A stretch of 64,000 bases of DNA from Steroidobacteraceae bacterium (GCA_049841155.1 JASGHI010000004.1:433477-497476); one strand, 5' to 3'. Shown: positions 43,585 through 53,060, numbered from the stretch's first letter. The notes: a model not told the origin generated them from the letters alone. Numbers and translations are program-made.

Positions 43585-44828
43585 CCCGTGCCCGCATGAT
43601 CCTGGCGATGACCCTGACCTACATGGTGTTCGCCGTGCTGCTCAACAGCGTGGGCGCACTGATCCTGCAGTCGATGCAGGCCTGGGGCGTGGACAAGCAG
43701 GCCACCAGCGTGCTCGACGCGTTCAAGGACCTGCCGATCGCGATCGTCTCGTTCCTGGTGGCCTCATTGCTGCCGCGGCTGGGCTATCGCCGTTCGATGA
43801 TGCTCGGGCTGGTGGTCGTGGCTGTCGCCTGCGCGGCGATGCCGCTGCTGGACGCATTCTGGATGACCAAGCTGCAGTTCATGGCAGTCGGTGCCGCGTT
43901 CGCGCTGGTCAAGGTATCGGTGTACTCGACCATCGGCCTGCTGACCGGGAACCGTCAGGCCCACGCCAGTCTGACCAGCTTCATCGAGGGCTGGTTCATG
44001 GTCGGAGTGTTGGTCGGGCCATGGATATTCGCCGAGTTCATCAAACTGCAGCAGGCACCCGACGATCCGGTCTGGCTGTCGGTGTACTGGCTGCTCGCGG
44101 CCGTCTGCGTTGCGGTCATTGTGCTGCTGGGAACCTGCAGGATCGACGAATCGGCAGCGATGGACCGGCAGGATGTCGCCGATTCATTCCTCGACACTTT
44201 CCGCCTGCTGAGACTGCCGCTGGTCATCGTGTTCGTGGTCTCGGCCTTTCTCTATGTGCTGATAGAGCAGGGCATCAACACCTGGTTGCCGACCTTCAAT
44301 GCCGAGATCCTGCGCCTGCCGACGATCACCAGCGTGCAGTTGGCCAGCTTGTTCGCGGCATCGACTGCACTGGGGCGTCTCGGGGCAGGCTTCGTGCTGC
44401 GCTTCGTCCCCTGGCACGTGCTGCTGATGCTGTGCATCGCGATGACCGCTGCGCTGGTTCTGCTGGCCTTGCCCATGGCGGCGAATGCCGGGCCGTCGTT
44501 GCAGCCGGGGTGGTGGAACGCGCCGGCGGTGGCCTTCGTGTTTCCGCTGATCGGGCTGTTCATGGCGCCGATCTACCCCACGATCAACTCCGTGGTGCTC
44601 AGTGCGCTTCCCAAGGCGCGCCACGCCGTGATGACAGGCCTGATCGTGGTGTTCTCGGCGCTTGGGGGTTCCACCGGGTCTTTCCTGACGGGACAGGCCT
44701 TCGCGCAGTTCGGTGGCCGCACGGCGTTCTATCTGTCACTGCTGCCGATGGCGCTGCTTCTGCTTGCGATCCTCGTGCTGAAGCAGCGTTCGTCGCACGC
44801 GTCGATGCCCGCTCCCGCGCACGGTTGA
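43581..44828 (+). CDS. MFS transporter (sugar-type)
   Basis: 415 aa from an ATG that overlaps the upstream stop (ATGA). 12 TM pattern. The upstream part of the tracked ORF overlaps the GH65 gene in another frame and was trimmed. Confidence 0.8.
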   Translation: MTRARMILAMTLTYMVFAVLLNSVGALILQSMQAWGVDKQATSVLDAFKDLPIAIVSFLVASLLPRLGYRRSMMLGLVVVAVACAAMPLLDAFWMTKLQFMAVGAAFALVKVSVYSTIGLLTGNRQAHASLTSFIEGWFMVGVLVGPWIFAEFIKLQQAPDDPVWLSVYWLLAAVCVAVIVLLGTCRIDESAAMDRQDVADSFLDTFRLLRLPLVIVFVVSAFLYVLIEQGINTWLPTFNAEILRLPTITSVQLASLFAASTALGRLGAGFVLRFVPWHVLLMLCIAMTAALVLLALPMAANAGPSLQPGWWNAPAVAFVFPLIGLFMAPIYPTINSVVLSALPKARHAVMTGLIVVFSALGGSTGSFLTGQAFAQFGGRTAFYLSLLPMALLLLAILVLKQRSSHASMPAPAHG

Positions 44829-44879
44829 CCCGTGACCTTGCTGGGCTGGGGCAGCGCCCGCGAGCGTCGATTCGGCAGG

Positions 44880-46670
44880 TCAGTGTCCCTCAGGCCCGGG
44901 TGCATTGACCAGCAGCAGGTCGGAGCGGCGCGCATGCAGTCCCTCGACGGACTCTATCGCCAGACGCTGGGCATCGCGCGCGCGGATCGAATCGACCAGC
45001 CGGTCTGCGTCCTCAGGCGTGTCGCCGAGTCGCACCAGCGCCTCGCGGCTGATCGAAAGCGCGGATTCGAAAGTCTCGCGCATCTGGAAATCGGCGCCCT
45101 TGTGCATCAGCTCCAGCGCATGCTGCCGGTCGGCGGCCCGCGCCAGGACCGGCACCAGCGCAAATTCGTGCTTCACCAGTTCCACTATTTTCGTCGTTGC
45201 AGCGGGATCTCCCGGCGCTGCGATGATCAGGCTGGCGTTGGCGGCCCCGGCCGCGCGCAGGATGTCCAGCCGTGACCCGTCGCCGTAATAGACTTTGAAC
45301 CCCACTTTGTTGGCTTCCTCTATCATCTCGGGATCGGTCTCGATGATCGACAGGCTGTAGCCGCGCGCCAGCAGGGGCTGGCTTGCGATCTGCCCGACGC
45401 GATCGAAGCCGATCAGCAGGATGCTGGCGGCCAGGTCCTTCGGGGCTTCGACGCCCTCCATCGATGCCGCCACGCGGGGCGCGAAACGGTCGTGCAGTAT
45501 CACCATCAGTGGCGTGAGCACCATCGAGCAGATGATGATGGCTGTGAGGATGGCGTTCTGCTCCGGGGCAAGGATGCCCACCGACATCGCCGTGGCGTAA
45601 AGCACGAAGGCGAACTCACCGCCCTGCGCCATCAGCACCGCGCGCTCCAGCGCCTCGGCATTCGAGGCCTTCAGCAGGCGCGCCACCCCATACACGACGA
45701 TCATCTTGAGGACTACATAGATGGGCACCCACAGCGCGATCAGCTTCCAGTTGCCGGCCACGATGTCCAGGTTCAGCGCCATGCCGACGCCAAGGAAGAA
45801 CAGGCCCAGCAGCAGGCCGCGGAACGGTTCGATATCGGCCTCGAGCTGGTGGCGGAAGCTCGACTCCGACAGCATCACGCCCGCGAGGAATGCGCCCATC
45901 GCCATCGACAGCCCACCCGCCTGCATCAACATGGCCGCGCCCAGCACCACCAGCAACGCGCCGGCAGTCATCACGTCGCGGCCACCGAAGCGGGCGAGGA
46001 AGCGGAACATCGGGTCCAGCAGGTAGCGGCCGATCAGGATCAGCGCGGCGATGGCGGCAAGGCCGATGCCAATGCCTTTCATCCGGTCGGCGTATGAAGC
46101 CTCCTCGGCGGCCGGCGCAATGAACGCGACGATGGCCAGCAGCGGCACGACGGCCAGGTCTTCCAGCAGCAGGATGGCGACGATGCGCCGCCCGAAGGGC
46201 GTGGACATCTGTCTGCGCTCGTCCAGCATCTGCATCACGATGGCTGTCGAGGTCAGCACGAAGCCCGTGCCGGCGACGAAACTGACCGGCGCCGGGAAGT
46301 CCATGATCACGCCCATGGCGGTCAGCACCAGAATGGCGCCGCCCACCTGCAGTGCGCCAAGCCCGAAGATCTCGCCGCGCATGGCCCAGAGGCGCGAAGG
46401 CTGCATCTCCAGCCCGATGGCGAACAGGAACAGCACCACTCCCAGTTCGGCGACGTGGAGGATGGCCTGTGGGTCCTGGAAGAAGCCGAGCCCGAACGGG
46501 CCTATGGCAAGCCCTCCGGCCAGGAAGCCCAGCACCGTACCCAACCCGAGTTTGCGGAAGATCGGCACTGCCACCACTGCGGCCGCAAGCAGTACGACCA
46601 CGGCCGTCAGGTCGGCACCACCGGCGTGATGCGCGGCAGTCTGCGCCAGTTGTGAGCCGTCGGGTGTCAT
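44880..46670 (-). CDS. kefC: Glutathione-regulated K+/H+ antiporter (CPA2, KefB/KefC-like) with an RCK/TrkA-N domain
   Basis: About 596 aa from the ATG at 46670 (RBS GAGGGA). Na+/H+ exchanger membrane domain plus C-terminal ILLIGFDRVGQ Rossmann (TrkA-N). Confidence 0.85.
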   Translation of the reverse strand: MTPDGSQLAQTAAHHAGGADLTAVVVLLAAAVVAVPIFRKLGLGTVLGFLAGGLAIGPFGLGFFQDPQAILHVAELGVVLFLFAIGLEMQPSRLWAMRGEIFGLGALQVGGAILVLTAMGVIMDFPAPVSFVAGTGFVLTSTAIVMQMLDERRQMSTPFGRRIVAILLLEDLAVVPLLAIVAFIAPAAEEASYADRMKGIGIGLAAIAALILIGRYLLDPMFRFLARFGGRDVMTAGALLVVLGAAMLMQAGGLSMAMGAFLAGVMLSESSFRHQLEADIEPFRGLLLGLFFLGVGMALNLDIVAGNWKLIALWVPIYVVLKMIVVYGVARLLKASNAEALERAVLMAQGGEFAFVLYATAMSVGILAPEQNAILTAIIICSMVLTPLMVILHDRFAPRVAASMEGVEAPKDLAASILLIGFDRVGQIASQPLLARGYSLSIIETDPEMIEEANKVGFKVYYGDGSRLDILRAAGAANASLIIAAPGDPAATTKIVELVKHEFALVPVLARAADRQHALELMHKGADFQMRETFESALSISREALVRLGDTPEDADRLVDSIRARDAQRLAIESVEGLHARRSDLLLVNAPGPEGH

Positions 46671-46948
46671 GGCATTTCCCTCGTTGACAGTTTCAGCTGC
46701 GCAGCAGCTTGCGGTGTTCCTCGTCAAATTTCATCAGGTCATCGAATGCGACCCGACGCCGCGTGCCGGCCATGCGCGCCGGCAACTTCCCTGGGGGAAT
46801 CGGGATCACTTCGGGCTGGCTGCTCTGCGTGACGAGACGCAACGGTCGTTGGTTCGTAACAATCAGCGCGATACTCCCGAATTCCCGTGCGGGAAGCCTG
46901 GCTCACATTCGAAACAAACGAAATTATCGAAACCAAGGATTTGACAGA

Positions 46949-48529
46949 ATGCCGCTTGTTGGTAGCGAGAGCGTGGGCATGACATCCCCCAGCCCGAGGT
47001 CGGGACACTCAACGGGACTTCCCGAACGTCTTTTCCCCTGGGCGCTGGGGTCCTGCGTCTTCCTCGACTATTTCGACAACTCGATGTTTTCGTTCTTTGC
47101 CGGCCACATCGCCGGCGGCGTGCACGCATCGCCTGACGAGCTGGTGTTGGCATTCAGTGCCTATGCGGTGGCTTCGGTGCTGGGCATCCTGCAGCAGCAG
47201 TGGTGGGTTGAGCGTCTTGGGTACCGCCGCTACATCTCGGGATGCGTGCTGCTCTTTGCTCTTGCCTCAGTGGCGTGTTGCTTCACCGAATCGTCCGCCG
47301 AACTGGCCTTCGCCAGGGGTGTGGCGGGCTATTTCATGGGCCCCATGCTCAGCGCCTGCCGCATTCTCATCCAGGTGAGCTTCTCGCCACAGGAGCGTTC
47401 GCCGGCAACGCGCAAGTTCCTCAGCCTGATCCTTTTTGAAAGCGCGCTTGCGCCACTGGCCGGCGGCTATTTCGTGGCGCAGTCCGGCTGGCAGGCCCTG
47501 TTTGCAGCCACGTCCCTGGCCAGCTGCGGAGTGGCCGCCTTCGCTTTCCTTGCCATTCCATCCAGCGGGAAGAAACCCGTCGAGGAACATGGGGAAAACC
47601 ATTTCTGGCCCTACATCATCTTCGCGCTGGCATTCAGCGCGCTGCAGATCGCCATGCAGCAGGTGCGGTTCGAGGTCTTCAGTGCTTCGCCCGATCTGAT
47701 TCTTCTGACCCTGGGCGGCCTCGCGGCACTGGTCTGGTTCGTGCAACACCAGTGGCGGCATCCCAGGCCATTGATGCAACTGCAGGTGCTCAAGGAAAGG
47801 ACCTTCCAGGTGGGCATGTTGATGTATGCCTTCTACTACTACATCAGCAATGCACTGGGCTTCCTGCTCTCGCGCTTCCTGGAGGGCGGTCTCGGCTATC
47901 CGGTCGAAAACGGGGGCAGGGTGGTCGGTCTGGCCGCCCTGGCTTCGCTGCCTATGTGCTTCATCTATTTCCGCTACTCGGCGAGGGTCGCCAGCAAGAA
48001 ATGGATAGTGGTCTGCGGCTATCTGGTGGCTCTGTCCCTGTGCCTGTGGATGATGCGCCTGCCCCCGGATGCCAGCACGCCCTGGCTCGTTCCGGCGCTG
48101 CTCATGCGCGGCAGCTTGCTGCTGACGATGGCTTTGCCGGTTGCCAATGTCGCCTTCAGCATTTTCGCGCTGGAGACCTACAACCATGGCTACCGCTTCA
48201 AGAATATCGTCAAGCAATTGACGTACTCGTTTTCGACGGCTACGACCATCATCCTGCAGCAACACCGCAATGCCCTGCATTACGACCGTCTGATTGAACC
48301 CGTAAATCCGCTCAATCCGGCCTATCAATCCGCCATGGAGACCTTGAGTCAGTCTTTTGAGGCGATGGGGCATTCACCCGAAGAATCCCATGGCCTGGCC
48401 ATCGCCGAGATGAGTCAATGGGTCATCTCGCAGGCGGCATTCCTCAGCGCGCAGGATGGCTTTGCGTTCCTGGCCCTGATTGCCTTGTGCGGGCTTGTCC
48501 TCGGGCTATGGCAACGCCAAATCCGGTGA
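46949..48529 (+). CDS. MFS transporter (DHA2/EmrB-like, about 14 TM)
   Basis: Repeated hydrophobic helices and MFS-like loops. Start at the ATG at 46949 (alternative 46979). The longer tracked ORF overlaps the kefC start. Confidence 0.7.
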   Translation: MPLVGSESVGMTSPSPRSGHSTGLPERLFPWALGSCVFLDYFDNSMFSFFAGHIAGGVHASPDELVLAFSAYAVASVLGILQQQWWVERLGYRRYISGCVLLFALASVACCFTESSAELAFARGVAGYFMGPMLSACRILIQVSFSPQERSPATRKFLSLILFESALAPLAGGYFVAQSGWQALFAATSLASCGVAAFAFLAIPSSGKKPVEEHGENHFWPYIIFALAFSALQIAMQQVRFEVFSASPDLILLTLGGLAALVWFVQHQWRHPRPLMQLQVLKERTFQVGMLMYAFYYYISNALGFLLSRFLEGGLGYPVENGGRVVGLAALASLPMCFIYFRYSARVASKKWIVVCGYLVALSLCLWMMRLPPDASTPWLVPALLMRGSLLLTMALPVANVAFSIFALETYNHGYRFKNIVKQLTYSFSTATTIILQQHRNALHYDRLIEPVNPLNPAYQSAMETLSQSFEAMGHSPEESHGLAIAEMSQWVISQAAFLSAQDGFAFLALIALCGLVLGLWQRQIR

Positions 48530-48597
48530 TCGATCCGTCGCCAGGCAGGCGGCCTGGCAGGGTAATATCGCAGTCACCCCTCCGCGAACCCACTCTC

Positions 48598-50394
48598 ATG
48601 CAATCCGGCGCACCAAGATGGCAGACGACCTGGTGGGTGGCGCCGCTGCTCGCAGCGCTGCTGGCTGCGTCGCCTGCGGGCGCGCAGACCGTGACGCTGG
48701 ACGTCTCTCCCGCCGTCCGTCACCAGACCATCGACGGCTTTGGCGCCTGCTGCGGCGTACTGGGATCGCAGGACTGGTATGCGCGGCTGTTCCTCGACGA
48801 TGCGGGTTTCTCCATTCTCCGCATGGATATCACGCCCATCTTCTCGGCAAAATATGCCCATCTGCATTATTGCTCGGCGTGGTTCGGCCAGGCGGAGCCG
48901 CTGAGCCTCGACAATGGTGGCAAGGGTCCCGACGGCAGACGCGCCCGAACCTACAGCGGGCCCGAGGATTACTCGCGCCGCTTCGGCGGCTGCTCGGCGC
49001 CCATTGCGGTGATGGGTCCGGACATCGACGCGAACGTACGGGCTTTCGACTACGGCCAGGCAGCCGTCTCCGGCGCCGGTACGCTCGCAAGGCGCGGGAC
49101 TTCGATGAGGAAGTCGTTGGGCGACTTCAAGCTCTACGCCTCGGTGTGGTCGCCTGCGCCCTGGCTGAAGGTGAAATCCGGCAACACCTACGGCGCGCAG
49201 GACAGCGCGCCCCTGCCTGCCGCAGGCACACCTTTCCCCTTCATCTGGGGCGGCAATTTTGCCGGTGGCGTGCTGGACGTCTCGGACGTGCCACGGGCTG
49301 AGTTCGACGACTCATCCATGGGCGGGAAGGGGCCGACCAGCGCACTCACCCAGTTCGCCCGCGGTCTTGCGGCCTACCTGCGGGGTTTCCAGAACACGTT
49401 CGGAGTAAGGTTCTACGCCATCAGCATCCAGAACGAACTGTCCTTCGAGCAGTTCTACAACAGCGCGCGGTACCCGCTGTCATCCGACTACATCAAGGCG
49501 CTGGTGGCGGCCCGCGCCGAGCTGGACAAATACGCGGACCTCGCCGGCATCAGGATCGCAGGCCCCGAGGATGTGATCGGCGATTCGCCCTACCAGCTGT
49601 GGCAGCTGGCCCGAGGAACGGACATCAGCCACAAGAACCTGCAGTTCATCGCCAGGGTGCAGTCCGATCCAGCGGCGGCAGCGGCGCTCTCGTTCTTCAA
49701 CGTCCACGGCTACGCTGCCGATGGCGTCAGCTCGGGCGGCACGAACCCCACTGCTTGGGACTGGTGGGCCAATGGCTGGGCGGCGAGCCCAGCGGCCGGT
49801 CTGCCGGCGAACGTGAAAGGCTTTTCCTCCTTCGGCAAGAAGTCGTGGATGACCGAGACATCGGGCGAGAATCCCGCCTGGCGCTCACCGGCGACGGGCT
49901 TTCCCGGAAATGGCGCCTGGAGCCTCGTGCTGAAGATCCACCAGGCCCTTACCGTGGGAAACCAGAGCGCCTGGCTCTATTGGCAGCTGGCCGATGGCGA
50001 AGCAGTCAGAGGCGAGTCCCTGACCGACCGCACACTCGGCACCCAGTCGCCGAAATTTGTGGCGCTGAAACACTTCGCCCGCTACATCCGCCCGGGTTCG
50101 GTGCGGGTGGACGCAGCGGTGAGCGGTTCGGCCACGATGGCTGCGAGCGCGTTCATCCATGAAGCGGACGGCACCCTGACCCTGGTCCTCATCAACGAAA
50201 CTGCGCAGCCGGCAAACGTGACCGTGCGTGCGCCAGCAGCGCTCCCGGGCCTGACCTCTTTCGAGGTACGTACGTCGAGCGATGGCAGCTACTGGCAGCG
50301 TTCCACGGCGACCCTCATTGCCGGGGCCGTGTCAGTGCCGGTGCCTGGGTACGGCGTCGTGACGCTTCATGGCTCGGGGACCGAGAAGCGGTAA
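48598..50394 (+). CDS. Secreted glycoside hydrolase family 30-like enzyme
   Basis: About 598 aa from the ATG at 48598, with a signal peptide ...SPAGAQT. GH30-type acid/base block AISIQNELSFE and nucleophile block KKSWMTETSGE. SPAPWLK motif. Confidence 0.7.
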   Translation: MQSGAPRWQTTWWVAPLLAALLAASPAGAQTVTLDVSPAVRHQTIDGFGACCGVLGSQDWYARLFLDDAGFSILRMDITPIFSAKYAHLHYCSAWFGQAEPLSLDNGGKGPDGRRARTYSGPEDYSRRFGGCSAPIAVMGPDIDANVRAFDYGQAAVSGAGTLARRGTSMRKSLGDFKLYASVWSPAPWLKVKSGNTYGAQDSAPLPAAGTPFPFIWGGNFAGGVLDVSDVPRAEFDDSSMGGKGPTSALTQFARGLAAYLRGFQNTFGVRFYAISIQNELSFEQFYNSARYPLSSDYIKALVAARAELDKYADLAGIRIAGPEDVIGDSPYQLWQLARGTDISHKNLQFIARVQSDPAAAAALSFFNVHGYAADGVSSGGTNPTAWDWWANGWAASPAAGLPANVKGFSSFGKKSWMTETSGENPAWRSPATGFPGNGAWSLVLKIHQALTVGNQSAWLYWQLADGEAVRGESLTDRTLGTQSPKFVALKHFARYIRPGSVRVDAAVSGSATMAASAFIHEADGTLTLVLINETAQPANVTVRAPAALPGLTSFEVRTSSDGSYWQRSTATLIAGAVSVPVPGYGVVTLHGSGTEKR

Positions 50395-50445
50395 CCGGAC
50401 CGGCTTGCAGCGGCACGCCGCCGGCCGTCCGGAGGATAATGGGCC

Positions 50446-51546
50446 ATGGCCAGCGCCAGGCAGACCATCGAACGCTTCCTTGCGGATTGCGATGTGCGCG
50501 TCGGCGGAGGCCGGCCCACCGACCTGCAAGTGCATGACGATCGGCTGTACGCACGCCTGCTGGCGCAGGGGTCGCTGGGCCTCGGCGAGTCGTACATGGA
50601 CGGCTGGTGGGATGTGGCCGATCTCGATGGTTTCATCACCCGTGTGCTGGAAGCGGGCGTGGACCAGCGCGTGCACGGCTGGTCGGAGGTCGCGGCGTAT
50701 GCCGCGGCGCACCTCTCGAACCTGCAAAGCCGGGCACGGGCGTTCCAGGTCGGCGAGCACCACTACGACATCGGCAATGACCTGTACGAACGCATGCTGG
50801 ATCGCCGGATGATCTACAGCTGCGCCTACTGGGTGAATGCTTCGACGCTGGATGCGGCGCAGGAGGCCAAGCTCGACCTGGTGTTCGACAAGCTGCAGCT
50901 GCAGGGCGGGCAGCAGGTGCTGGACATCGGCTGCGGCTGGGGTGGGGCGCTGCGTTATGCCGTGGAGCGCCACGGCATCCGCGGCGTCGGCGTGACGGTG
51001 TCGCGGGAGCAGGCGGCGCTGGCACAGGCGGCCTGTGCGCAGTTGCCGGTGGAGATCCGCCTCACCGACTATCGTGCGCTGGAGGAGCGCTTCGACCATG
51101 TGTATTCGATCGGCATGTTCGAACACGTGGGATCGAAGAACTACCGCACCTACTTCGAGACAGTGCGGCGCTGTCTGGTGCCGGAGGGACGCTTCCTGCT
51201 GCATACGATCGGGTCACGGCGGCTCACGCACAACGACATCGACCCGTGGATAGGCCGCTACATCTTCCCGAATGCCGTGGTCCCGCAGCAGCGGCAGATC
51301 ACCGAGGCGATCGATGGGCTGTTCTTCATCGAGGGCTGGCAGTGCATCGGGCCGCATTACGACCCGACACTGATGGCCTGGCGCCGGAACTTCGACGGCG
51401 CGTGGCCGGAGCTGTCCGCGACACGGGACGAACGTTTCCGGCGGATGTGGCACTACTACCTCGGCGCCTGTGCGGCCGGGTTCCGTGCCGGGATCACCGA
51501 CGTGTGGCAGGTGCTGCTGGCGCCGGTTCCGCCAGGACATCAATGA
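50446..51546 (+). CDS. cfa: Cyclopropane-fatty-acyl-phospholipid synthase
   Basis: 366 aa. SAM motif VLDIGCGWGG and C-terminal FRRMWHYYLGACAAGFRAG, collinear with E. coli Cfa. Confidence 0.9.
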   Translation: MASARQTIERFLADCDVRVGGGRPTDLQVHDDRLYARLLAQGSLGLGESYMDGWWDVADLDGFITRVLEAGVDQRVHGWSEVAAYAAAHLSNLQSRARAFQVGEHHYDIGNDLYERMLDRRMIYSCAYWVNASTLDAAQEAKLDLVFDKLQLQGGQQVLDIGCGWGGALRYAVERHGIRGVGVTVSREQAALAQAACAQLPVEIRLTDYRALEERFDHVYSIGMFEHVGSKNYRTYFETVRRCLVPEGRFLLHTIGSRRLTHNDIDPWIGRYIFPNAVVPQQRQITEAIDGLFFIEGWQCIGPHYDPTLMAWRRNFDGAWPELSATRDERFRRMWHYYLGACAAGFRAGITDVWQVLLAPVPPGHQ

Positions 51547-51943
51547 ATTTCACGCGATTGTTCAGCCGATAGACGGCGAAGTCGCGCCGGTCGGTGGTCA
51601 ATACCTCGCGGATGCCGCTGCGCGTCGCCAGCTGCACGACAGTGGCATCGGCGAAATCCATCGGCTGGTCGGCATACTTGCATGCGAGCTTTTGCAGCGC
51701 GTCGATGTCCAGCGGTTCGCGGTCGATGCGCAGCAGACGGGCTCTTTCGGCGCCCGCCAGCCATTGCAGGCAGCGCAACTGCTGAGGGATGGACAGCAGT
51801 GCCATTGTCTCGGTGAGCACCGCCTCGGTGGTCAGCAGCCGTCCGCGATATCCTTTCAGGAACTCGCGGCAATGTCCGTGCAGCGGGTCCGTTTCATCGA
51901 ACAGTGCGATGAAAAAACCTGAATCAGCGACGGTGTTTTTCAC
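51494..51943 (-). CDS. vapC: PIN-domain toxin (VapC family)
   Basis: 149 aa. N-terminal acidic residue (VADSGFFIALFD), TTEAVLTE, and C-terminal DFADAT...TTDRRDF typical of PIN. Overlaps the antitoxin gene by 20 nt. Confidence 0.75.
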   Translation of the reverse strand: MKNTVADSGFFIALFDETDPLHGHCREFLKGYRGRLLTTEAVLTETMALLSIPQQLRCLQWLAGAERARLLRIDREPLDIDALQKLACKYADQPMDFADATVVQLATRSGIREVLTTDRRDFAVYRLNNRVKFIDVLAEPAPAAPATRR

Positions 51944-52193
51944 GCACGTGATCGCGGTAACGCTGCTGGCGCGGTGCGCGGAGCGCGGCGTTCTCTGGTT
52001 CGGCCGGAGGCGGGGGAAGAATCTGTTCGGCCAAGCTTGATAGCGTGGGGCCCTGCTGCGACAGCAGGTACTGTCCCAGGCTCTCTTGCACGGCGTAACT
52101 GCGAGTCACGCCGGCGCGGGCGCAGTACTGGTCCAGTGCGGCTTCAAGGTCGGCGTCTAGGCGAACGGAGATGGGGCGATTGGATGTTGTCAT
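51924..52193 (-). CDS. vapB: Ribbon-helix-helix (CopG/VapB-like) antitoxin
   Basis: 89 aa from the ATG at 52193. MTTSNRPISVRLDADLEAALDQYCARAGVTRSYAVQESL is an RHH pattern. Sits upstream of and overlaps the PIN gene. Confidence 0.7.
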   Translation of the reverse strand: MTTSNRPISVRLDADLEAALDQYCARAGVTRSYAVQESLGQYLLSQQGPTLSSLAEQILPPPPAEPENAALRAPRQQRYRDHVREKHRR

Positions 52194-52332
52194 ACAATTA
52201 TTAAAATGTATGACCATGCCAGCTGCAAAGCAAGGACTGCGCGGGTCCGCCGAAATTTCCATTCTCGCAACGGCAGGTTTGGGGGAGCCCCGTATTTTTG
52301 ACTGATTGTTCTTGAACGTATATTCTCAATTA

Positions 52333-52707
52333 ATGGGGCGTCCACGACAATATGAAGAGATGAGCGCAGTGGCCGCCGCCGCCGCGGTGTTCCGGCGTCG
52401 CGGGTACGCCGCGACCTCCATTGATCATCTTGTCGAGGCAACGGGCATGCACCGGGGCAGCCTGTACGGTGTCTTCGGGAGCAAGCACGGCTTGTTCCTG
52501 CGCGTACTCGATGCCGCTGCATCCAGTATCGACCCGGCTGATCGCCTTGATCTCATGCTGGTCGCATTGCTCGAACTTGCCCCCGTCGATCCGCGTGTCC
52601 GTGAACGGCTGGGCAAACTCCTGAGCGAAAACGGCATTACAGAAGAGCAGCTGGGCGGCCGCCTGCTGATCCGCGCGGGGCTGCGCAATGAAGGGGGGCC
52701 AGCATGA
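52333..52707 (+). CDS. Short TetR-family regulator (HTH domain with a reduced C-terminal domain)
   Basis: 124 aa from MGRPRQ. HTH AATSIDHLVEATGMHRGSLYGVFGSKHGLF. Roughly 70 aa shorter than typical TetR proteins. Confidence 0.65.
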   Translation: MGRPRQYEEMSAVAAAAAVFRRRGYAATSIDHLVEATGMHRGSLYGVFGSKHGLFLRVLDAAASSIDPADRLDLMLVALLELAPVDPRVRERLGKLLSENGITEEQLGGRLLIRAGLRNEGGPA

Positions 52708-52978
52708 GCAACCGGGTTACTGTGACTGGAGATAGTCTGGTGGTCGAGCCTCTGGGATTGAACAAAGTGTGGTCACTTACCAGGCGCCTGCGGTTCCCGC
52801 TTGCCCACGTGCGGGGAGCGACCTTCGATCCGGGTTTGAGAGACGAGCCCAAAGGTTGGCGCGGACCGGGCCTGGCAATTCCCGGCAAACTGTCCGGAAC
52901 TTTGTGATCACCGTCGATGATCCGCACGAGGTGGTCGATGCCATAAATGGGGCTCTGGGCATGAGCCGTCCGCTCTGA
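52704..52978 (+). pseudogene. Decayed small PH-domain-like gene (internal deletion/frameshift)
   Basis: ORF 52704-52907 (MSNRVTVTGDSLVVEPLGL...PGKLSGTL*) stops where a second frame continues (..NFVITVDDPHEVVDAINGAL*, ending at 52978). The two halves look like the N- and C-terminal parts of one small protein with its middle missing. Confidence 0.45.
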
Positions 52979-53060
52979 TCAGCCCCGATCTTCGCTCTGG
53001 CAGGCCAGTGCAAAAGGCATGCGGCGATCAGGGGCGCCGTGCAACCGGCGCCCTGTCGCC

